Positions 41,525-54,230 of a stretch of 64,000 nucleotides of DNA are shown in pieces. The notes beneath the pieces were generated by a model. That model did no database searches. It saw nothing but the letters and a program-made list of their open reading frames with translations, and was not told the DNA's origin. The DNA comes from Octopus sinensis (Eukaryota), in NCBI RefSeq assembly GCF_006345805.1, contig NC_043006.1, forward strand, positions 8,742,001 to 8,806,000. Direction: 5' to 3'. Both the position numbers and the translations under genes were made by a program. How positions within the stretch are numbered: position 1 is the first letter of the stretch; the number at the start of each line of letters is the position of its first letter.

Positions 41525-41895
41525 GCGCTACCTGCTGTCATTCACGGTTGGGGTTTACCTCAAGAATTCAGCAGTGTTAGTTGCGTTGAATAGTGTAGTC
41601 TGCGTCACATCAGGTACACATTACATAAAGTGGTGTCCCGCTAAATATATTGAGTTCTCGCAATCATGTTGATGTTTTTTCCTGCTGTACCAGCGATTGG
41701 GGCTTGCTAGAGTTATATGTATAGCCCCGTTCACTGTTAATACCGGAAAAAACATCAATATGACTGCGAGATTTCAGTTAATTTAGCAGGATACCACTTT
41801 ATAAAGGCATGTGTCTGAGGCGGCCTTGGGTACACTGTTTGATGCAACGCAATTGGAAGCGCAACATCCCACTCATAATGGAAAGTCACAGGAGG
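41525..41895. mobile_element. MITE-like imperfect long inverted repeat
   Basis: ataaagtggtgtcccgctaaat...ttgatgttttttcc pairs with ggaaaaaacatcaa...atttagcaggataccactttat at roughly 80% identity; weaker pairing extends outward. Confidence 0.6.
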
Positions 41896-41958
41896 AGTCG
41901 AATCGAACGTCGCACTGAATGAAGTCTTATTTCAAATCCATCTTCTACTTCATCCATC

Positions 41959-41960
<2 letters not shown>

Positions 41961-42029
<69 letters not shown>

Positions 42030-42044
42030 AGATGATGATGATGG

Positions 42045-42075
<31 letters not shown>

Positions 42076-42080
42076 GATAA
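41961..42080. repeat. (AAT)n(GAT)n microsatellite
   Basis: Seen directly. Confidence 0.97.
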
Positions 42081-44425
42081 AATAATATTTTAAAAGGATT
42101 GGCGTAACTCTTCACAAAGCTAAACAGACAAAACGAAGAGCGTGATGTGATTGCAATATATGTATATTAGATATGTTGAAGGATATTTCGACAGCAAGCC
42201 TGTCTTTGTCGCGTTCAAAATATAAATTTAATATAAATTTAAATTTAAAGTATGAACGAGAGCAACTAGCATCCACAGGTTGATGAAATGATATCATCAG
42301 TCTTTAAGTTTCAATTATATAACAGGCGAAAAGAAAAACACAGAGAAAAGACAGAAAAAAAGAGGGAAGATAAAAAGAAAAGGAAAAATCAGTAGAATAT
42401 TTAATCAAACAGATTTGTAAAAATTTGATGATTTTCTCCTGTCATTTCATTAGACCTTCCTGGGAATTATGTTAATAGCACGCACACATATTTCTTGTTA
42501 TGCATTTTGAGAAGTGAAGGTGAAGCAGATTCAGAATATTTTCCAAGAATATACACTTTCAAGTCGTTTTCAAAATTGCAGCCGTTTGAAAAAAAATGTT
42601 CGGCAAGTTCTGTTGAACTGCTGTTGTACAACCAACATAAATCAAATTATGCTTCGTGCACTCTGCCCCATACATCAAATTGGAATCTCTACATATCCTA
42701 CATTCTGTATAAATCATAACAATTTGTTATGGTTCTTTATGGAATTCGCTTGACTCATGTTGTTGCACAATGAACAATGTTTACCTCGCTTGGGGCTGTT
42801 TTTCATGATACCTTGTGTAGATACTCCACTGTTCGTTTTATTGGAGTCAAAAATAGAGGTCAATAATTCTCATATATATTCATATTCCGTCTAAAGGCTT
42901 CAAAGGTCGAGGAAATATCTGTTTGAACGAAAATACTTTTTCGCGACATGCTGGTAACTTTCATGCAGCACTTTCGAAATGCCAAAGAAAATTTGGTGCC
43001 AGTTAATCACTAAAGGAATTTTTGTCATCTATTGTATTGCGTTTGCTAAAACTATTCCTGAATATTTGAATTTGCTAATCTTAGCTAATTCATTGCTATT
43101 TCATTTAATCTTGATTCATTGTAACCGAGTTTGACATAATGATGTACAGAAGCATTTGCATATTTCCAGTAATAAACTATATTAGAACAAATCCGTTTTA
43201 TCCTCAAAAGTAGAGATTTCGGATTTGACCGAATAATATGAGGTGAGTAATCGGAGTGGTGGTATAGATAATGTGTGATGACGTGGACTTGCAAATAACT
43301 CTATCACTATTCTAACTCTATCACTATTCTGCTTCCAGAAAACGTAACTTTTATGTCCAAAAATTCAACGCTAGTTTTTGAAAAACTACATGTAAATTTT
43401 AGGTTTGACTTAAAGTCATAGTTTTTTTTTCGCATAACAGTCAAAGAAATGCAAGAATTGAATTAATCTATAAAATACAGGTGTTTTTCTTTCTGAATGT
43501 AAAATTCTGGATTTGGTCATATTAATAAAATGGTTTTTTATTCCATTTCCAGAAATATTTTCTCAATTTCCTCTCTGTAATTAGATCGAAGTTACAAAAC
43601 TTCATATGAAGTTTTGTCTCTTAAAGCATCTTCAGAAGCCGAAATATACACACTTTTGTCCATAATTATTATATCGCCTCCCTTATCTGCCATTTTAATA
43701 ACAACAGAATCGGTATTAGCTTGACGTCGGAGTGTGTAACATTGAAAATTTGTGATGTTATTTCAGGACATCTTTCCACATGTTTTAAGACTTGATCTAA
43801 TGCCTGTCTAACGAGATACAAGAAACTCCAGTAGTCCTTGTGAACGTCCATCCCAAACTCTATCTGCTTATGAATTGCGATTCGTTTCAATCCAATTATG
43901 CCAAATTCGATCATCACCATTTGAATTTTCAGTAAGCATAGCGTTTTCTGACTCCTCATTATCAGTTTCTAAAAAAATCCTTCAGCTTGTCACGTAAAAA
44001 AATAGAAATGAAAGTGATGAATATTCTTAGAAAATATTCTGAATCTGCTTCACTTTCACTTCTCAAAATGCATGAGGAGAAATGTGTTTTCGTGTTATTA
44101 ACACTATACCCTGGAGGAATGAATAAAATGACAGGAGTATATCATCAGATTTATACAAAACTATTTGATGAAATATTCGATTTATCTTTCCTTTTCTTTA
44201 TATCTTTCCTCTTCTTTCTCTCTTATTCTTTTTATCTTTTATTTAATTGAAACTTAAAGGCTGATGATGTCATTCGATCAGCGTGTGGATGCTAGTTGCT
44301 CTCGTTCATACTTTAAATTTAAATTTCTATAATTATCAATTTTTATCATTTTTTATTTTGTAGTTGACAAAGACAGGCTTGCTGTCGAAATACCGTTCAA
44401 CCAATAAAATATCTATTACAATTGC
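42080..44425 (-). mobile_element. 5'-truncated PLE (RT thumb and GIY-YIG relic) with ~410-bp inverted pseudo-LTRs, between trinucleotide microsatellites
   Basis: Minus: HYLYHHSDYSPHIIRSNPKSLLLRIKRICS (thumb, 43085-43294) and CRDSNLMYGAECTKHNLIYVGCT (GIY-YIG, ~42630-42720). Arms ~42148-42560 and ~44008-44425 are diverged reverse complements. Confidence 0.8.
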
Positions 44426-44429
44426 ATGG

Positions 44430-44430
<1 letters not shown>

Positions 44431-44491
<61 letters not shown>

Positions 44492-44531
44492 TTACTACTA
44501 CTACTACTTCTACTACTACTACTACTACTAT

Positions 44532-44610
<79 letters not shown>
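44431..44610. repeat. (ACT)n(AAT)n microsatellite
   Basis: Seen directly. Confidence 0.97.
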
Positions 44611-45250
44611 TTTTCGAATGAAACGATGTATATTAACTGTGAGACATATCCGTCACATGCTCAACACGTGTAAACACGCTCGCAACACTGACAATGCAGT
44701 GGACTGCAGCTGAGAAGTGTTGGACACATTAAAAGTGTTAAACTATATCCGAGTATGTACTTATTGGGCTGCATGTGATTCAATACACTTCACACACCCA
44801 TAAGTACGTAAACTAATTGACACCGTATACACCCCAGTTTTACATGCACACGTTTTGATATTTCAATATCACAGTAGGTAATGTATAAAGGAGTCACTCA
44901 CAAACATAAGCGAATCGAATAAAAACAAATGACAAAGACTAGTCAGTATTCATCTCAAAAGCATTAAAGAGATATACATATATGTACCCCACCCACGGCA
45001 TTAAATAAATATATAGCACCCCACGGGAAAAAAAAGCGATGGATATTAGTTTTTTTTGTAGTTTCTTTGTCTCGTTAGGTAACATTTATTTGCTTATAAA
45101 TACAGGAGCGGTGCTCTATCAAACTGTCTACGCTAATAGATAAGACCAGGAGTCTAGCAGTAACACGAAATGGTTAATGACAGTTAGCCAAAACTCATGT
45201 TGTATCACAGGAGACATTAAGAATGACGTAGTAAAAATGAAAATAATAAT

Positions 45251-45615
45251 AGGCGCAGGAGTGGCTGTGTGGTAAGTAGCTTGTTTACCAACCACATGGT
45301 TGCGGATTCAGTCCCACTGCGTGGCACCTTGGGCAAGTGTCTTCTACTATAGCCTCGAGCCGACCAAAGCCTTGTGAGTGGATTTGGTAGACGGAAACTG
45401 AAAGAAGCCCGTCGTATTTATATATATATATGTATGTGCGTGTATGTTTGTGTGTCTGTGTTTGTCCCCCTATTATTGCTTGACAACCGATGCTGGTGTG
45501 TTTATGTCCCCGTCACTTAGCGGTTCGGCAAAATAATAAGTCCCGGGGTCGAGTTGCTCGATTAAAGGCGGTGCTCCAGCATGGCCGCAGTCAGAATGAC
45601 TGAAACAAGTAAAAG
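45251..45615 (+). mobile_element. tRNA-derived SINE family 1 with small internal deletion
   Basis: AGGCGCAGGAGTGGCTGTGTGG...GGATTCAGTCCC...ccttgggcaagtgtc core. Confidence 0.92.
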
Positions 45616-45649
45616 GAAAAAAAAAGAAATAAGTGATAATAATAATAAT

Positions 45650-46461
45650 AATGAAAGAAGCGGTTGGAATCCCATCATGTCTTCGAAGATGGTAATTGCG
45701 TAACCTGATAATCGCTACCTCATATGAGGGGCAATTAAAAACAAAATAGTGTGAATAACGGTGTTAATGAAACTGAGACCCTTGATGGTGACAGTTTTGA
45801 AACCGGCAGGCGCAGACTTACTGGTCCGGCTTCAGCCTGCCTTTTTCCCTCAATGAACCAGCACATACGGCGTAAATGGAACAAACCAGTCGATGCTGTG
45901 GTCATGTAGTGTCACTACTTGAGCAACTCTGTAGACGAAAATGGTGCTCATATTTGGGAATACCGACAACGTATGTATGATCGATGGAGAGAAATAGGAT
46001 TGTTTCAACCCACAGAGATTATCAAGCTAGAGCAATAAGAATAAAAACTCGTAGGTTCACAGAAGAGCTCGAAGCTATCAAAAGAAGGCCATTGGAAAAC
46101 AGCACCAGAGGAAACGATAAAAATTAAGATATTATTGATAAAAGCAGAAAACAGAAAGGAACAGTAACAGTTTGTTCAATGAGGGACATATAGATAGTTT
46201 GGAAGAAGACAATAAAACTAATGGTGACATGACAGGTGGGCAAAAGGCAATCTACGACAGAATAAAGGCAATGCTACAGGTGAATGATAGCGACATTATA
46301 TGCAGCCTTAAAATGGTTGGTCGGTGGAACTTCAACCAAGACACGAAAAATATGAACGAAATTCTGAAATACATCACAACAAAAATCATTACTGAAACAA
46401 ATTGTTTTATCAAGGCAGCAAGTATTGTTGTAGAAGAAAATTTGAGTATTGATGTTATATG

Positions 46462-46514
<53 letters not shown>

Positions 46515-48112
46515 TATATATATAATATATATATATATATAATGGGAGTGACGAAAGCAAAGATCCATGGTGGAAAAGACGAATGCAGGCTGGTTGAGAT
46601 ACTAGCAAAATAGGTTATTCAGAGTAGATCAGAAGAGATTCTACAAAGAAATAAATGGAGAGTGCACAGATGAAAAGTGGATACCAGATAACATTGCAAG
46701 GCAAATGTTTTGGAGTGACATCGAGTGACAACGAGCACAAGAAAGATGCTGAATGGATGCAAGAACTGAAACAGACAGTAGTCTGTCCAAAACAGGTAGA
46801 CCTAGTAATTTCAGTTAGGGAAATGAAGGAAATCAGCAAAAAATGGACAACTGGAAAGCTTCGGGACCAGATGGAGTTCAAGGCTAATGGATCAAAAGAT
46901 TTGGTGAATGTGATGCACGACTAGCTGCACAACTCAACACCTAATTAAACACCAACGAAGTAACACCAGAGTTGTTGACAATGGATAGGACATTGCTGTG
47001 CTTGAAAAACATCGAAAAAGGCAATACGTTACACAATTGCAGGCCGATATCCTGTTTGCCACTTATGTGGAAATTATTGACTGGAATAGTTGCAGAGTCA
47101 ACGTACATACATCTCTAGCAAAGAATTGATTCCTGCCATGTGAGCAGAAGGGGTCCAAGCGTAGGTGCAGAGGTACCAAGGGTCAACAGCTGAGAGACAA
47201 AACTGTACACAGAGACTGCAAGAAGAGGGAAAACTAAATTAACGATATCATAGATCAATTATCGCAAGGCATACGATATGATCGCACATTCTTCGATATG
47301 GAGTGCATGACCCTATTTGGTATTGCACCGAACGTTGAAGGATTGTTGGAAAAAGTACGGCAAGGTGGAAGACGGAATATACATCATGTGGAAGAAGTTT
47401 AGGGACAATAGAAATCAGGAGAGGCATCTTACAAGGGAACTGCCTGTCCCCACTGATCTTTGTACTGCGCATGATAACACTAACACTGATTCTGAGGAAA
47501 GCATAGGCAGGATATATATGCAAGAGCTGCCAACAAAACGTCAACCACTTGTTATTGATGGATGACCTCAAACTTTATATAAAAGATGAATCCCAAAGTC
47601 TGTCCCCACGTTGACATAATGCATACTTTCAGTGCTGATATCAGAATGGAGTTCGGACTAAAAACGTGTGGTTTGTTATTTTTGAAGAAATGCAAAATTA
47701 AATGTATGGACGGGCTAGCGACACCATCTAGGGAGGATATGAAGCAAATAGAAGAGACGGGTAAATAGAAGAGTCTACAACAATAACTGTTGCCATAGGT
47801 ACCCTAGGAATTATAGCAAAAGGGGCTGATTGCTACCTAGCTGAGATACAATGAAACATCAAAATGTAAGAAATTCAAAAGATCCTGCTCATGGGAACGG
47901 CCCATATCCTATGTAAAATACTCTCTATGTAATGCTAAATTTTAAAACAGACTCATCATTTTCGTATGTTTTCTTAAACATTCTCTGCAAAACCAAATAT
48001 ATGACACCCTTGACGTAACACCGACATGAACTTCTAACTTGTTACCTCTTGAAGTCTCTGGGTGAGATTTGGAGCCAACTTGTACAAATACAAAGCAAAA
48101 GTCAAACATATA
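45650..48112 (+). mobile_element. R4/Dong-clade non-LTR retrotransposon, degraded and internally deleted, embedded in (AAT)n
   Basis: [51 protein letters not shown] and HLLLMDDLKL (RT); EIQKILLMGTAHIL (C-terminus). (AAT)n at ~45634-45651 and 48115-48265. Confidence 0.85.
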
Positions 48113-48114
48113 GT

Positions 48115-48138
48115 GATGATAATAATGATAATAATAAT

Positions 48139-48233
<95 letters not shown>

Positions 48234-48265
48234 AATACAACAACAACAATAATAATAATAATATT
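48115..48265. repeat. (AAT)n microsatellite
   Basis: Seen directly. Confidence 0.98.
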
Positions 48266-50052
48266 AAGTTCGTTAATTCCCAAGAGTTGAACTTCTCTGC
48301 TAACAAATATATAATATCCAATACGTTATTTGTAAACTATTGCTGACGAGACGAAAAAGAATTTTAATCTATCAACTAATGCATGGTTATTTCATTTTAC
48401 ATCTTGATACAGGTTCTTTTCTTCACACATCTAAAAGTTTATCCCATAATCTAGTTAATAGTTTCGCCTGAGAATCACTTCCCAATAAAAGAGGCTCTAC
48501 CACGTCATCTTACTTCCCATCAATGGCAGCATATTCCCCTTTCAACTCTACCCAGCTGTATCAAAACGTCAATGACACAAGTCAAGAGTACATAAGACAA
48601 TGTGGTGTAGATATTGTAAAGATTGAATTGGTCTCTGGTGGCGTTTCATTAATCATAATTCTCACGAAGGACTGAGTATCGATGGTCATAAAGCAGCAGA
48701 TATTTAATCGCTTAACACTACCTAAAATTTCCTGTGTCACTAAAGTAGATTTTTACCCTGACGTTCGATTTGCTCAGATAAGAGCTACACTCTTCCCTAT
48801 TTTCATACTACACTCAATAAAAAACAATTCACGTTATATTATGTACTCCGACATATATCAGCAAATATAGATTGTATAGTCTTGAGTTAAAAGAATTTAA
48901 TCGGGGAGGATTGGGATTAAAGGTTATCCTGGAAAGGGATTTTCTCTTGCATACTTATGAAGTAGAAGCTATATTTAGAAGCTGTACTTTGCATTAAACT
49001 GCAAAATTTATTCCCTTGATAGCTTTTCCTCTTTTTCTTTCTCCTCATTCTTCGCCTCATCCTCTTTCTGTCTCTCCTTTTTCTTTCTCCACTCTTTCCC
49101 ATTCAACTAATCACGTGAAAGCGTTGCAAGTATATTCACTCTACATCAGGACCTGGGCATTTTTCTCTCCCTTTGTTTCTCCTTCTCTCTTTTTATCCAC
49201 CCCTTCTTTTCCTATAATCAAGTGAAAATGTTATCGACGTGGTAAGTAACGCAATGATAAGATTCTTTTGACTTGTTTCAGACAGCTGCTTGCAGCCATA
49301 TAATTTTAAAGGACATTTGAAAATTAGAAAATGGAAGATATAAGAAATGTCATTTTTCTATCATTTCAGATATGTAGATAGGAAAGTCTATCTACCTATA
49401 TAAGATTTAGATGTTTCAAGATTTAACCATGCATTTGTACGTAATACTGCTGATGTGCGCGTGAGCGTGTGTGTATCTGTATCTGTGTGTAATTATGCGT
49501 GAGCGTGTGTGAATATGTGCACACGCGTGTTTGTGCCAAAAGATATCGTGAAGTGAGAGCAGGGAATATTTAAAAACAGACGTGTCTGTACATATAATGA
49601 AAAACTTCACAGGTGTTTGTTTCTTGTTTTGTATGTTGAGATCTAAAGATTATATCATAGGATTAGTTCATTGTCTTGTTACAGGTGTAAAAACACCTTA
49701 CTGTAAATGTATTTTCTAATGGTTAAGTACGTAATATTTCAAAGAAAAAAGATATAATACAGTTTTGCCTTAAGAATTAATTTAGTTTCATCGGTAACAT
49801 TTATTGCCTTTAAGAAAACTATTGCTCTATTGCATTACAAAAAAGAAAAGCGAGGGTGTGTTTATTATTCAATCATAACAAACGCCAGGAAAAACAACAC
49901 GGCTGTCGAGCATCAGCAGCTCTTACGTTCGCACTCACTTTTCTTATAACGGCAGTTTTTTCTCCATCTGGATGCTACCGTTCTCTAGCAGGTTCTGTGG
50001 TAGCATCAAATGCCGCCTTTTGAACTGCATGTTCTGCAAGCATATTTATATG

Positions 50053-50082
<30 letters not shown>

Positions 50083-50113
<31 letters not shown>

Positions 50114-50974
50114 ATTTGGCTCAAAAGCAAATGGGGTAGAAAGGGCTCCTTAGCCGTAGTGAAGGCAATCTATATAGGGAGATAACCTTACAATAAATCA
50201 CTGGGTCCGTAGCTTAGAAAAACTGGGTTGACGACAGCGGGAACAGCTTTGTTTCATGGAGGAGGAAAGATCTTCTTTAGTACTTGGTTGTACAATGCTT
50301 TCCAATGTGTGTAGTAGTGGCGCGCGCACACATTATTAGCCATTTGAAAAGACTATGAAAGTCTCGACCACGGTCGAACAATGATGATGATGAAATAGCA
50401 AGGCCATGTAGGGGGACATGGAGTTAAGTACAGGGTGGTGTTCATGTAAAGAGTTCAGGCCACTTGTGGTTCAGGGAGACTTTGAACAAAGCGGTCGTCG
50501 GCATCTTCACCATCTCGTCTGGCAGCTTGTTCCACGGATCCGAAACCCGGACGGAGAAAGCTCCTCTCCTTCGATTGAGATGAAATCGTCGCAGGTAGAG
50601 CTTTTCGGAATGACCCCGCGGCCGACGCTCTGGAGCAGGAGTGAAGAACAGCTCTTTCGAGAGGTTACACTTTCCGCTTATGATGTTGTGGGCGAGAATG
50701 AGATCACCACGGCGGCGGCGTTTTTCGAGAGAATAAAGGTCGAGCGTCCTCAGCCTCTCTTCGTAGGACAAATTTTGAGACCATGAACCATGCGGGTAGC
50801 CAGCTTCTGGACTCTTTCGAGGCTGTATGTCTTTGAGGAGATAAGGAGAAGAGGCTTGAATCCCATACTCCAATATGGGTCTCACCAGCGTGACATAGAG
50901 TGGTAGGAATATGGCTGCTGTGAGCATTCCGAATGACCGTCGAATCAAGAACAGAATTCCGCGCGCTTTGTTGG
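50083..50974 (-). mobile_element. CR1-type LINE 3' fragment, near-identical to 15925-16553, with a 260-bp insertion in its 3' UTR
   Basis: ORF 50442-50948 (-) is almost identical in sequence to the first copy; (AACT)n tail at 50083-50113. Confidence 0.93.
50133..50392 (+). mobile_element. Short non-autonomous retroelement with (ATG)n tail and 4-bp AAAT target-site duplication
   Basis: The empty site in the other CR1 copy reads caaaagcAAATagcaagg. Here it reads caaaagcAAAT[gggg...gatgatg]AAATagcaagg. Confidence 0.8.
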
Positions 50975-51439
50975 GAGCATGGACGTGTGTGTGTGTGTGT
51001 GTGTACGGATTTTTCTTCCTGAAAACGTATGCCTTTATCTATTGTTTATTTAAAGTTTTTAAAATATTTGCAGCATTTCGAAAGTATATTCTGAGACCAG
51101 TTGTAATTCTATATGTCATAAAGTGAAGTTTGTCGGAGCAACATCGCAACCGTCTCACATAGACATCATCCCATCACAGCTTCATTTATTAATGCCTAAG
51201 CACGGACATAGTTCAATTCATTCTGATATATGTATTGGGAGCGAGAGAATAGTTATGTGCGTGTATGTGCGTGTGTGTCCGTGTATATTATATTATATAG
51301 CTATATTTTTATACATACGTGTACATGCACGCATACACACACATACACGCACACACACACACACAAACATATAGTATTAGAGATGGAAGCAAGTTTAATA
51401 CCAAAAGGTAATCTCTAATCTTTTATTCTTCTATTTCTT

Positions 51440-51829
51440 TCAGTAATTGGAGTGTGGATATGATGACGCACTGCCTTTAGTCGAACAATTGGGCCCCAGG
51501 ACCTATTCTTTAAGCGTAAGACTTACTCTATCGGTCTCTCTTGCCAATCCACTGAGTTACAGAGACGTAAACACACCGACATCGGTGTCAAGCGATGGTA
51601 GGGCGACAGACACAGACACACGAGCACATACATACACACACAAACGCACGCACACACACACATATCCAACGGGCATCTTTCCGTGTCTGTCTTCCAAATC
51701 CACTCACGAGGCTTTGTTCGTCCTGAACCTATAGTAGACGACACCTGCTCCAGGCGCCACGCAGTGAGACTGAAGCCGGAACCATGTGTTTGGGAACCAA
51801 CCTTCTTACACTCAGCCACTCCTGCGCCT
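51440..51829 (-). mobile_element. Older family-1 SINE copy
   Basis: Diverged match to 7323-7760, ending cagccactcctgcgcct. Confidence 0.85.
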
Positions 51830-52840
51830 ATACCCAAGGGGAAGTTGGATATAGGCGCAGGATATATATCCGTGTTATATCAATGTTAAGGTAGATATTA
51901 ATATCCAACTTAACATGGATGCTTTATTAAAACACCGAATACTGCGTTGTTAGGCTTTATATATTCCCTCATATTGACCCTTGGTGCTTAAAGATATACC
52001 TCACAAACGAAATTCTAGTGTGATAAGCAGCCCCCATCTATGTATATAAAAGGATCTCTCATGTATTATAACGCAGTTTGGGGCGTTTTAGTGAGGCATC
52101 CATTTTAAGTAGAATATACAGATTGTCTTATAAGTTTGCGTATGTGTGCGTGTGTGAATGTGCGCGTGTGTGTGTGCGTGTGTGTATGCACGTGTGTGTG
52201 TTTGTGTGTATACACAAACATATATTTACATGTACATACACATCACACGTACACATACACAGGCAGACAGACACATTCATATCTATGCACATTTCTATTT
52301 ATTTAACTAATAATGTGATATATGTTTCTAATAAATAATCAATTTGTAACATAGAACATTAAAACAAATGATTTATATTTTAATTATAGTTTTGGCAAAA
52401 AGTCAGAAAAAAGGTAGTTTAGAATGTGTTAGCGCTCAGATATAACAAATTAAAAGTGTGATTAATACCAATATTTAATTGTGTAAGTAGGAGGTGGGAA
52501 ATGATTATATTTTCAATTTGTAAGTACAGTTTCATGTACATGAACAACGGAGTTACAAAGGTCGTCAAAGTATTACTTGAATTAACCCTTTATAGCTAAG
52601 CAGGCACTCCCGCACAGACACACTGAGACAATCAGCAACACGTACACAGACACACAGACATATACAAGCATTCATATTTGCATGAAAATATATATAAATG
52701 TAGATGTATATGTTTTCATAAACGTATATTTAGATATGTATATATGTATTCGTTTTTTATATATGGATACACTTCATATATAATTATAGATATATATGTA
52801 TGAATATAGATACAGATATTTACACATAAATATAGACACA

Positions 52841-52881
<41 letters not shown>

Positions 52882-53102
52882 GTGTTTGTGTTTGTGTGTA
52901 TACATGTATATATATATATATATTATATATATATATATATATATACTAGCATTATGACCCATCGTTGCTGGGTCATAGTGCTAGTGCATGTATATATGCG
53001 TATATATATGTGTACATATTACATGTATATCTATATATATAAATCTACACATAAAATACAAAATACAAAGTTATATATTGATATCGCTAGTGATAACAAT
53101 AC

Positions 53103-53351
53103 TCAAAATATATAACAGACTGGAATTGTAGGCCCGTTTCTTGCAATTTCGATCAATTGTATCTTGTCCTCCCTCTTGTATAGAAGTGTGGCTACAATCC
53201 AGTCTACCTGTACTTCTGGGGGGACATTTTTAATTTTCATCCGGGACGTCCTACGTCCCAGAAATAAATGTATAAATAAAATATTTCCACTTTGCAAGGT
53301 TCGAGTCGAGTATTCCCTTGCACGCTTCATTGACTTGAACCTTGCTTCCAT
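53103..53351 (-). mobile_element. Possible LINE ORF1/gag-like remnant
   Basis: LGRRTSRMKIKNVPPEVQVDWIVATLL resembles RRM-type ORF1 segments; weak. Confidence 0.3.
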
Positions 53352-53739
53352 TGTGGCGAATTAACCGCCTCTGGTTAGATATATTTCATAGTCCTACAAA
53401 GAAACTTTTCGATGGTGCTTTCCTCCAAGTGTTCAAATCTTTTTTTTCTCTACATTTTATACTTTATAGACAATAGTCTTTTCTTTAATTTTTCTCTTTT
53501 ATTTCGTTTGGTGGTGTTATCCTAGATTCGCCGTCTTTGTCAGTGATTAATCCGACATAGTTTTGTATTTCTTCCATTTCAATTTTAATGAGTTCGCGCC
53601 CGTGAAAGTATCTGACATGAAATAGAGAAATTAACACGTAATACTGAAATAGTGGAGAAGATATGATATTGCTATGGGCTCGCCCTAGGCAAGAAGTTGA
53701 ACATTTTCTTTTGCCCATGAAACTACATGGACCTGAAGT

Positions 53740-53824
53740 AAGGCATGTGTAAAATTCGAATGAAATTGGTTGTGTAGTTCTCAAGTTTAAGGGAAACACA
53801 CAGACAGACAGGCACACATTCTAA

Positions 53825-53855
<31 letters not shown>
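53740..53855 (+). mobile_element. Helentron/Helitron-type non-autonomous 3' end
   Basis: tgtaaaattcgaatgaaattggttgtgtagttc...acacacagacagacaggcacaca...ttttatatata layout. Confidence 0.35.
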
Positions 53856-54034
53856 GAATGTGACAATTCAATATCTGACCGCGTGTGTATCGTTGGTGAT
53901 TGTTGTTCCTCCATTTTCCCTTCTTGACGAAGAGCTCCGCTCGAAATATTAAGTCCTTCTTTCTTTCCTTTCCTGAGCGTCCAATAACGCTATACTTGTT
54001 GTTGTATTTTCTTTATGTGTTTTCTTGTTTGGAT

Positions 54035-54048
<14 letters not shown>
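53856..54048 (+). mobile_element. Solo PLE pseudo-LTR-like repeat between (TA)n tracts
   Basis: Homologue of 41263-41486. Motif TTGACGA-A-GAGC-TCC-GCTC-GAAAT-ATT at 53920-53954. Confidence 0.65.
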
Positions 54049-54077
<29 letters not shown>

Positions 54078-54079
<2 letters not shown>

Positions 54080-54230
54080 TTAGCCACTACCCACATTTTT
54101 TCTCTCCTTGTTTTGTCTGTGTCCCTTTCTGTAGAAGAGCGTAGGCTCGAAACGTAAGAGGCTTTTTCATACATCTGTTTGTTTTGTACACCACCTGTCT
54201 TCGTCTTTTGTTTTTTCCGTAAACTCTCCC
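54078..54230 (+). mobile_element. Second-family pseudo-LTR-like repeat with minimal hammerhead-like motif, between (TA)n tracts
   Basis: CCTTT-CTGTAGA-A-GAGC-GTAG-GCTC-GAAAC-GTA-AGAGG at 54124-54161. Confidence 0.55.

Noticed and set aside
43669-43959. 96-aa minus-strand ORF inside element D
   Set aside because: No recognisable domain and no splice support; probably decayed transposon sequence.
44364-44713. Poly-Y/T/L ORFs
   Set aside because: (ACT)n(AAT)n microsatellite.
45251-45330. tRNA-like A/B boxes, also at 7.7, 28.5 and 36.05 kb
   Set aside because: These are SINE heads without a complete cloverleaf, not tRNA genes.
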